Shown here in pieces: positions 45,731-58,929 of a DNA stretch of 64,000 nucleotides. A program made the position numbers and the translations under genes. This stretch comes from Octopus vulgaris (taxonomy: Eukaryota). The number at the start of each line of letters is the position of its first letter. Position 1 is the first letter of the stretch. The notes beneath the pieces are model-generated. The model searched no databases. It had not been told where the DNA came from and saw only the letters and a list, made by a program, of their open reading frames with translations. The stretch spans positions 5,084,001 through 5,148,000 of the forward strand of contig OX597829.1 of the NCBI GenBank assembly GCA_951406725.2. Direction: 5' to 3'.

Positions 45731-46219
45731 AATCTATTTTGTAAACTGATGGGTATTAGGAGTAGCATCCAGCAATGGAGCCATGGAACCATGGAACCGT
45801 GCCAAAAAACCGATACTGGAACATGATGCAGTCCTCCAACTCACCATTTTCTATCAGATGGTACAACTCAAACCAGCATGGAGAGTATATACATGCACGC
45901 ACGCACACACACACAAACACACACACACACACACTCATGCACGCGTGCACACACACACGCACACACATACACACAAAAATATATTTATATCTGTGGTTTC
46001 CGTTTTTGTTTTATATATAGTACATGATACACACTAGAAGTCTCTATTTGGAAAACTACAGAAATAAAACCCCACTGGCACATGAAGGCTTTCAAGCAAT
46101 TCCAGCAGATAAGAATATTGACACTTTTAGTTTAGAATTATTCAGACTCAGACACACACACTCACACACACACGCACACAATCAAGCATGTATATATATA
46201 TATATATATATATAAATAC

Positions 46220-46332
46220 AAAATGGGAAAAGAACGCAAAACATTCAAATAGACGATACAAAGAACGGACGGGTCATTCGAAGCCTCTAATCTTCAGTCA
46301 AGAACCGGATCATCCTCGCAATTTCGGCTGAT
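46220..46332. repeat. (TA)n-embedded dispersed repeat family (copies about 6200-6368, 47488-47605, 52605-52805)
   Basis: Shared GACGGGTCATTCGAAGCC...TCTTCAGTCAAGAACCGG...GCAATTTCGGCTGA. Confidence 0.8.
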
Positions 46333-47104
46333 ATATATATATATATATATATATACACATTTTTTTTTTATCTGTGTGTGTATATTATATATATACTTAT
46401 ACATATGTATGCATGTATGCATGTATGAATGTATACACACATGCTCATATATAAACACACATACACACACTTGCTTTTTGGAATAATAAGAGAAAGGGAG
46501 GAGAAGCTGAGCTCATGACCTTTGACCCATACACACTGACTGCTGAGACTGATAGAGATGATGTTCAAATTGTAAACATTAGAAGAAAAAGAAAAAGAAA
46601 AAGAAAAAGAAAAAGAAAAAGAAACCGTCTGCATCAGTGGAATTCCACAGAGTAAGGAATCAGTAAGGAATTGAGGAAGTATTTAGTACAGATATGGGTG
46701 GGTGAGTGATGGGTAGGCCGGGTGAGGAGGTCAAGACTGGGAAATAGCTACTTGGTTCACATAAATAAATATATATGTGTGCGCGTGTGTGTGTGTATGT
46801 CAATGAGTGTACATACATGTACATACACACTGATATATATATGCACACATTCGCACACACACACACACACACATACACCCTGATGTATTGTGTTGCTAAA
46901 GAAGATTATTTAAGTTTTTTACCAACATGCACTCAATATACACCCATGCAGTTTGAAGCATGGGTGTATATTGAGTGTGTTTATGATTTTTAATAAAGAG
47001 ATATCAAGTCTGTCTGTTTGTGCATAGCATGATCACATATCTATACTAACTGTATTGTGTATATAATATATATTTATGGGTGTATGTATGTGTATAAGTA
47101 TGTA

Positions 47105-47431
47105 AAGACACCCTTGGTCATGAATGAATGTAGGATTGCACCTAGAAAGTTACCCTCCCAGGCACAAGTCCGGGCAAGGGTGTTTATGGAAGACTTGAAA
47201 TTGCCCATGCATACCGGCCTCCCCTCTCCACGCCACCAGTGTTATCCAAGGGAAAGGCAAAGGGGCCGATACAGCTTGGCACCAGTGACGTCGCAACTCA
47301 TTTCTACAGCTGAGTGAACTGGAGCAACATGAAATAAAATGTCTTGCTCAAGAACACAACACACATCCCAATCCAGGAATCAAAGTCACTACTTTGTGAT
47401 TGTGAGCCTAACACTCTAACTACTGAGCTAT
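47105..47431 (-). mobile_element. tRNA-headed SINE, distinct family
   Basis: Minus head ATAGCTCAGTAGTTAGAGTG..., then GTGTTGTGTTCTTGAGCAAGAC...CTCCAGTTCACTCAGCTGTAGAAATG central domain. Confidence 0.65.
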
Positions 47432-47432
47432 C

Positions 47433-47484
<52 letters not shown>

Positions 47485-47926
47485 AAAAAATACAAACTGG
47501 GACAAGAACACAAAAATTTAGAAGATGATACAAAAAGCACGGACGGGTCATTCAAAGCCTTTAATCTTCAGTCAAGAACCGGGTCATCCTTGCAATTTCG
47601 GCTGATGAAATATATATATACAGAAACATACATATATAAATACACTCACACATGCACATTGATATACTGGTAGTGACAGACAGAGAAGTTGCTGGTGTGG
47701 CTGTGTGATTAAGAAGTGTGAAGTCATTCACAAGCCCCTAATGTGTTAGCCTACATGTTAAAGTGAACAAAATGTCTTCCTGGACTATCTATACGATAAA
47801 CGATCTTATCACACACACACATGGATTCTTTGGAACATGTTAAATATGAGTGTGTATGAATATAATTTATTCACCATTGATACAACTGACATTATATACC
47901 CTTCTCTCTCTATCTCCATCCATCCA

Positions 47927-48026
<100 letters not shown>

Positions 48027-48417
48027 TGTGTGTCTATATATATATATATGTACATACATATGCATATGGATATACAGACACGCACATACACATACATACA
48101 CACACACATACATGTATGTATGTATGTATATAATATGTTTGTATATGTATATATGTAAATGCATATACACACACACACACAAATACATATATACATATAC
48201 ACACACATATACATATATACATATACACATACATGCATATATATATATAAAGATATATATATACATACATTCATACATATATATATGATTACAGATTATG
48301 TTAATTATATCATCTCACCAATGTACTTTGGATGTAACGATGTGTGAAAACAATTGTACTGAATGTTATTCAATCCGTTCACATTGACTTGATGACACTG
48401 TTCTACTGCATGGGCTT

Positions 48418-48466
<49 letters not shown>

Positions 48467-48693
48467 CTAATGAAGGATTAAAATTTTTTTAAAAAAATAT
48501 TATTTTCCCCAAAAATTTTATCAATGGCCAGCATATCAAAAAATACCTTTAAAGGTTTAAATCTATAAACAATTCATAAATAAGGGCAAACGAAAAAATT
48601 TCTAATGCCAGATATGCTGAAAAATTGTACATATTGTCCATTAACCATATAATTTTTTCACAATATGCACGCTACTCGAAAAAAGGTCAACAG

Positions 48694-48755
<62 letters not shown>

Positions 48756-48935
48756 GAGTGTATTTTACCTTGTTAACAATTAACACGGATAAATAAATAA
48801 ATAGTTACCATTTTTGAATAGTATCAGTGGAATTTTCGAAACATATGTAGAAAGTAAAAATACTTGTTTAAACCTGCGTTAACTCCATTTTTATTCATAT
48901 ATATATATATACATATATATATATGTATGTATGTA

Positions 48936-48999
<64 letters not shown>

Positions 49000-49043
49000 C
49001 ATATATATTTTTATGTAAATGTAATATGTGACAATTACTCGGT

Positions 49044-49113
49044 GGCCAAGATAAAACTCTGAGTTTCGGATGCCCAGGTGAAATCCACACCACCATCTCT
49101 TCAGTTATCTGGC
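49044..49113 (-). ncRNA. Hammerhead ribozyme motif in the Penelope 3' pLTR (sense to ORF)
   Basis: GCCAGAUAA CUGAAGA GAUG...CAUC C GAAA C-UCAGA-G UU|UUAUCU-U-GGC. Confidence 0.7.
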
Positions 49114-50009
49114 TATCGGAAAAACGCTATGAAAAATGACCATTATACAAAGAGAAATTACTGTGTAATTGACCGCTATTTAGACAAAAGAGCTATTCGA
49201 GTGACCGCTTATTAAGGTAAGGCGTTAAAAAGTTCATAGTATATGGGTAAGTGCACCTGTTCATACGTACAACCACGTGCGCCCGCATACCCACGTGCAT
49301 ATGCATACATTCATCCACCATCACTAGAAAAACGTACGCATCTTCACTCACATCTTTCGCCAAATGTATATGCATATACATACAAACCCACATATATTCA
49401 CGCGCACCGTAAAAGTTCATACATGCATCTACATGTGCACAAGCACAAGAAAAAATAGGGTTATGGGTAACAATACAGAAAAAAGGCATGAGGGAGTATT
49501 CAAAGAGTAAACTATGTTCATATACGGACATACACTTATGCATGCACATGCACACACGCTCATATATGCACATACCGGCACACATCTATATAGGTATACA
49601 AACACACGCACTCACAAAAAGGATTATACACACGTCTAAAAAAAATTACAAGAAAAATTGTAAAAACACTGAGTAAAATACGTCTATATATATATTTACT
49701 CGTATGCCCACACACACACACACATCTATATACATACATACTCGCACACATGTACACATCCACACGTGTGTACAAAGGATTCCATATACATGTCTATATA
49801 ATCACAGGAAAAAATGCAGGGTGGAAGGTAGAGTACAGAAAAAAATATTATGTGTAAAAAAATAATATATCTATAAACCAAATTCTCTATAGTATATATA
49901 TATAAATATATGAAAAAATAAAAGTAAAAAGTATAATGAGATAAAAAAAACTTGTGCGTGGACGTAATATAGAAAGCAAGTTCTATCTGTAGTCTTGGGG
50001 GGACAAAAA

Positions 50010-50600
50010 ATGTAACAAAAATTTGGTCATGTGGACATGATCCAAAAAGTTCTGTCCTTCAGTTTAGACATGTAGTAGTGTCTAAACTGCTTTTCCAGAT
50101 AAGCCATCTTTCCATATTGCATAGACCGCACTTTCCGCTGCCGTTGGTGTAGGGCTTACATTTGACTAAAATCTTCCAATGGATGTTGTAACTGACACCT
50201 TTATCTTTTAATGACCATGTATGACTGGATAATTTGGTTGTTTTCCTTTTGTCCCTGTGCCTAAAGCTCAAGGTGTGATTATTGAACCTGGCCTTGAAAT
50301 TACCCTCTGTAAGGCCCACGTATTTCTTAGTCGAAACCGTGTCTTTAGTGGGTATAGAGTCCACAGTAGCTTCGTAGATGATGGTCTCAGACATGCAAGC
50401 TCCATTTAGTGGGCACAATTTTTTATCTCTGCATGTGTATTATGGCTTTTGTGTGTTGTGTGCGATTATATTTTTAAAATTGGTAGTTGAGCTGAAACTG
50501 ATTTTTAAGTTGTGCCAATTGAAGAGCTTCCTGTAACTATGGTTGACTGGAAAATGTCTATCTATCAGTGCTAAGAAATACTTGCCTATATTGAAGGTCA
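50010..50600 (-). pseudogene. Penelope RT C-terminus / GIY-YIG endonuclease remnant
   Basis: NIGKYFLALIDRHFP...CPLNGAC...IIYEATV...KYVGLTEGNFKARFNNH...CGLCNMER...LN*RTELFGSCPH; internal stops. Confidence 0.9.
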
Positions 50601-50833
50601 CCTACAGTTATTTTTCATAGCATTTTTCCAATGGCCGGATAACTGAAGGTGGTGTGGATTTCCACCTCGGCATCCGAAACTCAGGGTTTTATCATGGCTA
50701 CCAAATAATTGTCACATATTACATTTACAGATAAATTCCTTTATTTATATAATATTGAGATCTCTTTCTTTCTTTTGTTATCTTACCGTTTTTACCGATA
50801 TATATATATATACATATATATACATATATACAC

Positions 50834-50867
<34 letters not shown>

Positions 50868-50889
50868 ATATATATGTATATATACATAT

Positions 50890-52195
50890 CTTTTAAGCAA
50901 CTGACCCTGAATGGGAAGATCTTTAAACAGATCTCTGACTGGTTTTGCAGAATTTGTTGCAATTGCTTCCTCCAGAGTCATATCCCAATCATGACCACAT
51001 TCGTTACAAAAAAATCATGTAAAAATAATTGCCAAAAATAATTGCAGTAATGTAAGCATAGGAATCCAGAATTTCAGGATCGCAGGCTGGATTCAGCCAG
51101 TAATGTTTTTAATTTACTTATGGAGTTAGCCTTTAGAATATAAAAATTGTTATTGCACAAAAAGAATTTGTCGCAAAAAGTCACTTTAAAAAACCACCAG
51201 GAATGATAACAGTAATGAAAACTTGGGAATCCAAAATTCCAGGATTGTGAGTCCAGATTCGGCCCAGAATATTTTTAATTTACTCACGGAGTCAGCCTGA
51301 TTCCAAAATGGTATGATATGTTGGGCTACGGCCTCTAGGAGTAAAGTTGAAAATGTGTGACACACTGACACACTGACATTCACATTTATTATATTATATA
51401 ATTGTATTATATTAAGGTGGCGAGGAGCCAGAAACATTAGCATGCCAAGGGAAATGCTAAGTGGTATTTTGTCTGCTGTTATGTTTTGAGTTCAAATTCC
51501 ACTGAGGTCAACTTTGCCTTTCAACCTTTTAGGGTTGATTAAATAAGTACCAGTTACATACTGGGGTCGACATAATCGACTTAATGCCTTCTCCCAAAAT
51601 TTGAGGCCTTCTACTTCCAGTAGAAAGGTTTATTAAAATCATTAGATATGTTTAATTTTGGGGAAACTTTATTTCAATTAAAGTTTATTTTATGTGTGTG
51701 TGCGTGTGCATGTTGTGTGTGTGTGTGCGTGTGTGTGCATGTGCATGTTGCGTGTGTGTGCGTGTGTGTGCGTGTGTGTGCGTGTGCATGTTGTGTGTGT
51801 ATGTATTAAAGAAAGCTAAAAATAAAGGAAAAATGATAGTGTTCAGTCTACTGGCGACATTTCTGTCAAAGAGACAAAGTTAAACAAAATTGTACATCAT
51901 CTCCCTCTTCCCCCTCTTTTAATATTACTCCCACTGCCACCATCAACACTACTACTTTTAATAAAACATCATCAACTCTCCCTAAATTTCTTTGTCTCTC
52001 TTTCTCTCCCTCTCTTTTACTTTCTTTCCCTCTCTCTGTCTGTCTGTTTTCGCCATTGCCCTCTCTGTCTCTATGCCTACTATTACTCTCACCCCATCAT
52101 GAGGAATAGTAGGAGTTTCATTGAATTGTGAGAGAGAGGGTCTAGGTGTGACGCACTGATGCACAGAAATTAGTTTCTGCATTTATTATATTAGA
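50890..52195 (-). mobile_element. Non-autonomous Helitron-like composite element, copy 2 (3' truncated)
   Basis: Reverse-complement homolog of 34576-35802 with the same embedded SINE C; starts A|TCTAATATAATAAATGC at 52195. Confidence 0.65.
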
Positions 52196-52241
52196 TATAG
52201 ATATATATTTTTTATAAATTAGAACAAACAGTAAAAGGTTG

Positions 52242-52311
52242 CCATTATAGTACTCGGAGTTTCAAATGCCAGAGCGAAGAGCTATGATACATTCTCATCG
52301 GCTATTAATGG
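52242..52311 (-). ncRNA. Hammerhead motif with CCGAUGA core
   Basis: CCAUU-A-AUAG CCGAUGA GAAUGU...GCAUUU GAAA C-UCCGA-G UA|CUAU-AAUGG. Confidence 0.65.
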
Positions 52312-52488
52312 TAACAGACACTATTAAACAGCATTAAATATAAGTGAAGATAAGATATATTATAAAAAATATAAAATATATATGTAAAAATATACACGCA
52401 ATCATATTCTCAGAATACATAGACATAAACCTCCTGCATTCACAAAATCTACATACGTAATCACTCTCACAAACATGTATATGTACAT

Positions 52489-52521
<33 letters not shown>

Positions 52522-52570
52522 TATATGTATGTACGTACTCATACATACATATCCACACATGCATGCACAC

Positions 52571-52609
<39 letters not shown>

Positions 52610-52854
52610 ACAAAATGGGACAAGAATGCAAAACATCCGGACAACTAGGTGATACAAAAAGGGACAACAAAACATCCAGATAGACGATACAAAAAACAAG
52701 GACGGGTCTTTCGAAGCTTCCTATCCTCAGTCAAGAACTGGAACATCCTCACAATTTTGGCTGATTAATCTTGAGATTGCTCCAATCTGGCCAACCCCAA
52801 GGAAGCAGCATACTTTGTTCTCTCTCTCTCTCTGTCTGTCTCTCTCTCTCTCTG

Positions 52855-52889
<35 letters not shown>

Positions 52890-53334
52890 GTATATGTATT
52901 ATATGTATGCAACCTCATCTTGACATACACATAGGTGCTTACATGACTACGCATAACATAATACACACATATTAGGCATTTATACATATAAATATATGTG
53001 TATATATATATATATATATACAGCCATACATCCACACTCAAACATATACACACACACAAATACAAACATATGCATATTCGTATAAATGAAGGGGGTGTAT
53101 GCATGAAAATCACACATATGCACTGGACACTCATATACATATACACATACACATATATACACACATACTTCATATATATATATACATATAAACACATATG
53201 TACACACTCACACAATTAAAAATGAAAAAATATATATTAAAAATTAATAGAATTTAAAACATAAGGGCAGGTTTGTGCAGGAACATAGCAGAAATGTGGA
53301 TTCTAGCCATGATCGAGGGAGGGGGCAAAACCCC

Positions 53335-53505
53335 GTTACAGGTATTTTGTGACATATGAACATGATCCAAAGAGTTCAGTTCTTGAATTTAAATATGTAG
53401 CAGGGTCTAAGTAAATTATCCAGATGAGTGATCTTTCCATATTACAAAGACCACACTTGCAACTACTGCTGGTTTAAGGTTTACACTTGGCTAAGATCTT
53501 CCAGC
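53335..53505 (-). pseudogene. Second Penelope GIY-YIG C-terminal fragment
   Basis: WKILAKCKP*TSSSCKCGLCNMERSLIW...LNSRTELFGSCS, homologous to 50010-50180. Confidence 0.8.
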
Positions 53506-53790
53506 AAATCTTGTGTGTTTGTGAGTGTGTGTGTGTGTGTGTGCACGTGCATGCGCGCGTGTGTGTGCGCACGTGTGTGTGCGCACGTGTGTGTATACGT
53601 AAATGTAGAATGATGAAAATAAGTGCTCAACACCACACTGATGGATAGAATTTCTTTATTTGTGTATTCAGGCTACCATTAATTTCATACACACATTTAT
53701 CTGTATATATATATTTCTTCATTATTTCAGTCCAAATCTACATAAGTGATTCAACAGTGAAGAAGAGTTTCATATATATATATAGACACA

Positions 53791-54757
53791 CAGGGGTCAG
53801 ACAAAATAATGGAAACACCTACCATCATAGTCTCATAATTTTGAAATATCTATAAAACCCATCAAAAGCTTGTTTATTTTTGTTTTTTGATTTATTACTA
53901 GTGTTGCTTAATATGTTTTATTACTATTGCTGTTTCTTTTCAGCTATAATCAGAAAAAGTTAATTAAAATGACAGATCTACTGGACTTTCAAAGAGGTCA
54001 AATTGTTGGTGCTCGTATGGTAGGCGCTAGCATAATGAAGACAGCCGAAATGTTTGGTGTATCAAGAATTACTGTCTAGAAAAAGTAATGACAGGAAGAG
54101 AGGAAAACCTCCTCATTGAAACAAAACTCCAGACGAGTCATCCTTTACCTTATTTATGACCACTGGCTGAGTATACGTGTGGAGACAGCCAAAAAAAGCA
54201 TTTGACCCTGATTGCCTTCTTCTAACTATTAAACATGGAGGAGAATCTCTGATGATCTGGGGGGCTATATCTTGGAAATTTACCAGCTCAATGGTTTCCC
54301 TTCATGGCAGAATTAATAGTCAAGACTGTTTAAGCATTTTATCTGATCAAACCATATCTATGGTTGCGGAACTGTTTCCGGAGGGAAACGTAATCTTTCA
54401 GGATGATAATGCACCAATTCACACAGCTAACGTTGTTACTGAATGGCACAAGGAACATTCTAGTGAAGTTGAACATCTTATCTAACCACCACAGTCCCCT
54501 GATCTCAATATTATTGAACATTTATGGTGCATTTTAGAAAAACAAGTTAGGAGTCAATATCCTCCACCATCATCACTACAAGAACTGGAGACTGTTTTAG
54601 CTGAAGAATGGACAAAAATTCCTTTGGAAACAATTCTGACTGTGTACAAGTCCATACCTCATAGAATTCAAGCTGTAATTACTGCCAAAGCAGTCCTACA
54701 CCATATTAAAATAAATTTGTTTGATAAGGTGTTTCCATCATTTCATCCAACCCCCTA
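53791..54757 (+). mobile_element. Tc1 (DD34E) fossil, internally deleted
   Basis: TIRs CAGGGGTCAGACAAAATAATGGAAACACCT / AGGTGTTTCCATCATTTCATCCAACCCCC; DFQRGQIVGAR, KHGGESLMIWG, FQDDNAPIHTA, PPQSPDLNIIEHLW. Confidence 0.9.
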
Positions 54758-54761
54758 TATA

Positions 54762-54792
<31 letters not shown>

Positions 54793-54881
54793 CAACTACA
54801 TGTACTCAATATATGTGCGTTGTGTATACACTTGTAGACTGTGAGTTAGCAAGGTAGAGATGATTTCTCAATGTGTTGGGG

Positions 54882-55279
54882 GTTAAAACAGTTAATAGTC
54901 ACAGACAGGTAAGACAACCCACACCAAATCCTATTTAGGAGTGATGGAAATTGATATTTTGCCATTTTTGTGGCTCATAAACATCATCTACCAGAAGTGA
55001 ATTGCCAGTCTCTGATTGTATACAGATAGTGTAAGAACCATTTGCTGGTATGTCCCAATGATGCATACGTATGAAATTCCCAACTCATCATGGCATACCA
55101 GTAAATGATTCTTACAGTATTTGTATATAGTCAGAGACTGGTGATTCAGTTAGCCTTCAGTTTCGTCAAGTACATGATATTTATAAGGCACAATAATTAC
55201 AAAACATTGATGTCCATTGCACCTGAATAGGTCTTGGTGTGGATTGTCTCACCTGTCTGTAACTTTCAAGAGTTTTAAC
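54882..55279. repeat. Diverged ~400-bp fold-back (MITE-like)
   Basis: 54882-55075 pairs imperfectly with 55085-55279. Confidence 0.75.
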
Positions 55280-55839
55280 AGCTGGCACTTTAAGGATGTC
55301 ATTCCCGTGATGTTAAACCGCAGTCTACTGGCAAACAAGCAAGGCATATACATTGAGTATGTATAATATCCAAGTGGTTTCAAAGTATCAGCAGAGGGGT
55401 ATCCAGGAGTCATGATCTGGATGCAGTCGAACCCCTGTAGAGTATAAAACGTTAAGAGCTGAAACACTTGTCTAAGAGGGTGGGATTTCTTCTCTGAAGA
55501 TCTTCAACTTTTCAGTTCTTTTGAGAGTTTCTTACCACATGTAACTATGTATGTATCATTCACCTTTAGGGCTTTGGTCTTGTTCTTCCCAGAGACCAGG
55601 GATTGTTTCATTAGATCATAAGCAGATTTGCCCACAAAACCTCTGGTGAGAACCTATATGGTGAGAACCAGATGTTTGGGCTGTCTCTATTTTGTCCGGA
55701 ATGAAGTATTGGTGAACAGTCAACATTGTTAGCGTGCATAAAAAGTAGAATAGCAGGTGAGGAAAAGTTATTTGCATCATGATCATTTGTGCTGGTCATC
55801 AAAATGCTGACATCATGATCATTGCTTGTTTCTCTATGA

Positions 55840-56100
55840 ACTCTGTAAAAGCTTGCCTACAATTCATGTGATGTTTCACATAGCATGAAAATAAAGTTTC
55901 TTCAAATTGTGATGATCTTTGGGTGTGTCTCTGGTGAGGGTGATGTCATGTCACCCAACAACTTTGAACAGTTCCTTAGGCTCAGTTCAGGTGGTTGTGT
56001 GAAGCTGCTGAGGACTGTGGTCAAACTCTGGCTGGAGAGGACTGCCAGTGGAGGGCCATATATGTGGTAGTAGGATTTGGGTCCTTTGCCAAGTTCACAT
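55840..56100 (+). pseudogene. maT/DD37D-like transposase fragment
   Basis: VMIFGCVSGEGDVMSP...VVKLWLERTASGGPYMW**D. Confidence 0.65.
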
Positions 56101-56336
56101 GCTTTGTACAAACAGAACAGGATACAAAGAACAGAAAGAAAATGTGAACTGCACAAGTCCGGAGCCATCTCCTTGTCCTCAACTCCAGTAGATCAACAGA
56201 GCCTGAACTGTGGCAGAGCTATCCAAGGACACATCAAACTGACCTGCCATAGCTGGATACACTGTGACCCCCATCTTCATCTCCCATGTGATGTCCTTGG
56301 TCATTGTATTGTCAACCACAACAAACGACATGGTTA

Positions 56337-56392
<56 letters not shown>

Positions 56393-57081
56393 AGAGAAAA
56401 AATATTTTCAAAAAGAACACATCAAACATTTTGAGAAATCAAAAAAGAGAGAAAAAATAATTTCCAATAGAAATTAATCATATTCATATACCTGTAACGA
56501 ACTTTTTCAATATATATATATATATATATTACGATACACACATACACATATAAGCATACACACATACATATATTCATACACACACATTCGCACAGATATG
56601 TATGTAAATTGGTAAAAGATTTCCACTGATTTCACAAATGTTATCCAGTTGTTCCATCAATGCTTTCATCAATGTAATCTAGTATTTCAAAGGTATGAGC
56701 ACCCTTAATGTAATCCTCGGGTAAAACCACTATGGTAGTCTGACATGGTGCAACAAGGGTATGGTCTAAATTACAAGTCTTCCACATAAGTTTCTAACTA
56801 TGCAATAACACCCACATGCCGCAGGGGTTGGACAAGGCTATGGTAAATTACACTTGTTCTGATACCGCATCATCAGATAGGACATGCAACATAACAAGGC
56901 AATGATCAAAGCAAGAAGCAGTTCCTCTCCTCTGCTTCTCCAAACTCTGCTGTGAAGTGGCATAAATTTTTCCTCTTGCTTATCAGGCCTATTAATTAAT
57001 TAATACTCACCACCCATAAGCTGAAAAAATCAAATGAATCACTTTGATTATTCATCCCATTGCTATCATTGACTTATTATC

Positions 57082-57114
<33 letters not shown>

Positions 57115-57285
57115 GCCACCACCACCAACATTACCACTACCACCATAATTACCATAATTAACTCCTTAATGTTAACAAGAACCAGATGGAACTTTTTGAA
57201 ACAAAATTTTATAACCAGATGCCCTTCTTGTCACTAATCCATTTTTGTTGCATTTACAACAGCTATGTATATATATATATATGGA

Positions 57286-57408
57286 TTATTTAAAAGCAGC
57301 AGAAAATTCAACAAAACCTGTTACTCTGAGTTTCACGTTCCCATTCGTCGGACAGTTTTTGCTAGCAGAGTAACAGGTTTTGTTGAATTTTCTGCTGCTT
57401 TTAAATAA
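57286..57408. repeat. Fold-back palindrome, 43-bp perfect arms
   Basis: 57286-57328 versus 57366-57408. Confidence 0.9.
57318..57355 (-). ncRNA. Hammerhead motif with CCGACGA core
   Basis: CUGU CCGACGA AUG-GGAA-CGU GAAA C-UCAGA-G UA|ACAG. Confidence 0.65.
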
Positions 57409-57503
57409 AGCATATTACTCTACCACTGGTATTTGAGTACTCTTTTTTCCACCTTGTTTCACATTTATGTGTTTACTCCGGTATATATATAGATTAGATA
57501 GAT

Positions 57504-57547
<44 letters not shown>

Positions 57548-57650
57548 TAGCAGTATATTGGATATTTGTTATCCCATGGAGGGTTGCATTTAGAACCCCT
57601 ATCTCAATTTATATATATATATATATATATATATATCATATATATGTATG

Positions 57651-57701
<51 letters not shown>

Positions 57702-57807
57702 AGGTTTGGAGATGATGTACAGGTATTATATATTAGAAGAAATGAGGTACTCAGAAGATCGGATGGTTCATATTTATAGACATTTATTTACATATTACAT
57801 TTTTTAC

Positions 57808-58148
57808 ATATATATCATATCATTCAGATCATTAGTGCTTTCTCCCATTCTAGTGGGGTTTTCAAATCAAAATAAGTTCCTTTGTGGGGAATTTTAATCA
57901 TTTGATAGAGTTTCGTAGTGGTGGGAAGGAATATAAGACAGTACAAGAGGGTGAGGTGGATGAGGAGAAAGTGAGAGAAGGAACACTTTCTACACTTTCT
58001 CCTCATCCACCTCACCCTCTTGTACTGTCTTATATTCCTTCCCACCACTACGAAACTCTATCAAATGATTAAAATTCCCCACAAAGGAACTTATTTTGAT
58101 TTGAAAACCCCACTAGAATGGGAGAAAGCGCTAATGATCTGAATGATA

Positions 58149-58158
<10 letters not shown>
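57808..58158. repeat. Near-perfect 166-bp inverted repeat, 19-nt spacer
   Basis: 57808-57973 versus 57993-58158, one mismatch seen. Confidence 0.95.
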
Positions 58159-58191
<33 letters not shown>

Positions 58192-58860
58192 TGTATATAC
58201 ATATTCACACATACACATGCACACACACACGTGAATGAAATCTATTCAATATTGAGTGTAACAGTGTCATGTTAATGAATGTTAACGTCTTGGCCCCAGC
58301 TAATGGTCTGCAGCTTTCTTTCACCAAGGCCAGCACATAGAGATATCTCTTAAGAGCTAAATGCAATGAAGAATCATAATGCAACATTCAGATTCGTGTC
58401 TTCTCAGAGCAACCAATAAAATCAGTCTTGTCACATGATAAGCAGAAATGCTAATCTATGAACTCGTTTTGGTTTCTTTACGCTTGAATGGCTAGCAACA
58501 CCAGCTATACACAATCCCTTGTAGGGTTTTCTTTTTTCTATCTTATTTTAATTTCGTGTTTATTGCAACTCACTTCAAAATGCAGAAAAACATTCAGTAT
58601 CGAGTTTTTCTTTGTGATTCCCTATTAACTGCATTAGTTTCCCAACTTATAACACGAATATTGCTTTTCCTCAGAGTAATTTTAGGGCAATCCATGAAAC
58701 TTCAAACACACACACACACACACAAATATACCAGGTAGATTGAAGAGAAGCCAGGCAACGGGTTTATTTAGCAAGGGAAGTGTAATGGTGATTCAAAATG
58801 GAACCACTTGGGAAACGGTCATGTATCATGACCAAACCACAGGTAATTGGCCCATTAAGC

Positions 58861-58929
58861 AACCAATCAGCATCAAGCCATCACATGATTCAATCTACTA
58901 GAACCTTCTCTTTGTGCCTTATAAAAAGG
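58861..58929 (+). promoter_or_regulatory. Possible CCAAT + TATA promoter
   Basis: AACCAATCAG at 58861 and TATAAAAAGG at 58920 in non-repetitive DNA; motif match only. Confidence 0.2.

Larger units (their letters stand above)
49013..50800 (-). mobile_element. 5'-truncated Penelope-like element with inverted pLTR
   Basis: GIY-YIG remnant on the minus strand; 3' repeat 49013-49140 and inverted copy 50605-50800. Confidence 0.85.

Noticed and set aside
46265-46300. CUGAAGA...GAA...GUC on the minus strand as a hammerhead (also 6241, 47564, 52724)
   Set aside because: Helices I and II do not pair and GAAA is absent in most copies.
48810-48855. GAAACAUAUGUA palindrome as a hammerhead
   Set aside because: Only the 3' half fits; the upstream core has two mismatches and there is no helix II.
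55253-55434. Minus-strand exon with good AG/GT sites
   Set aside because: The donor lies in one arm of a fold-back repeat, the phase does not fit and the peptide is uninformative.
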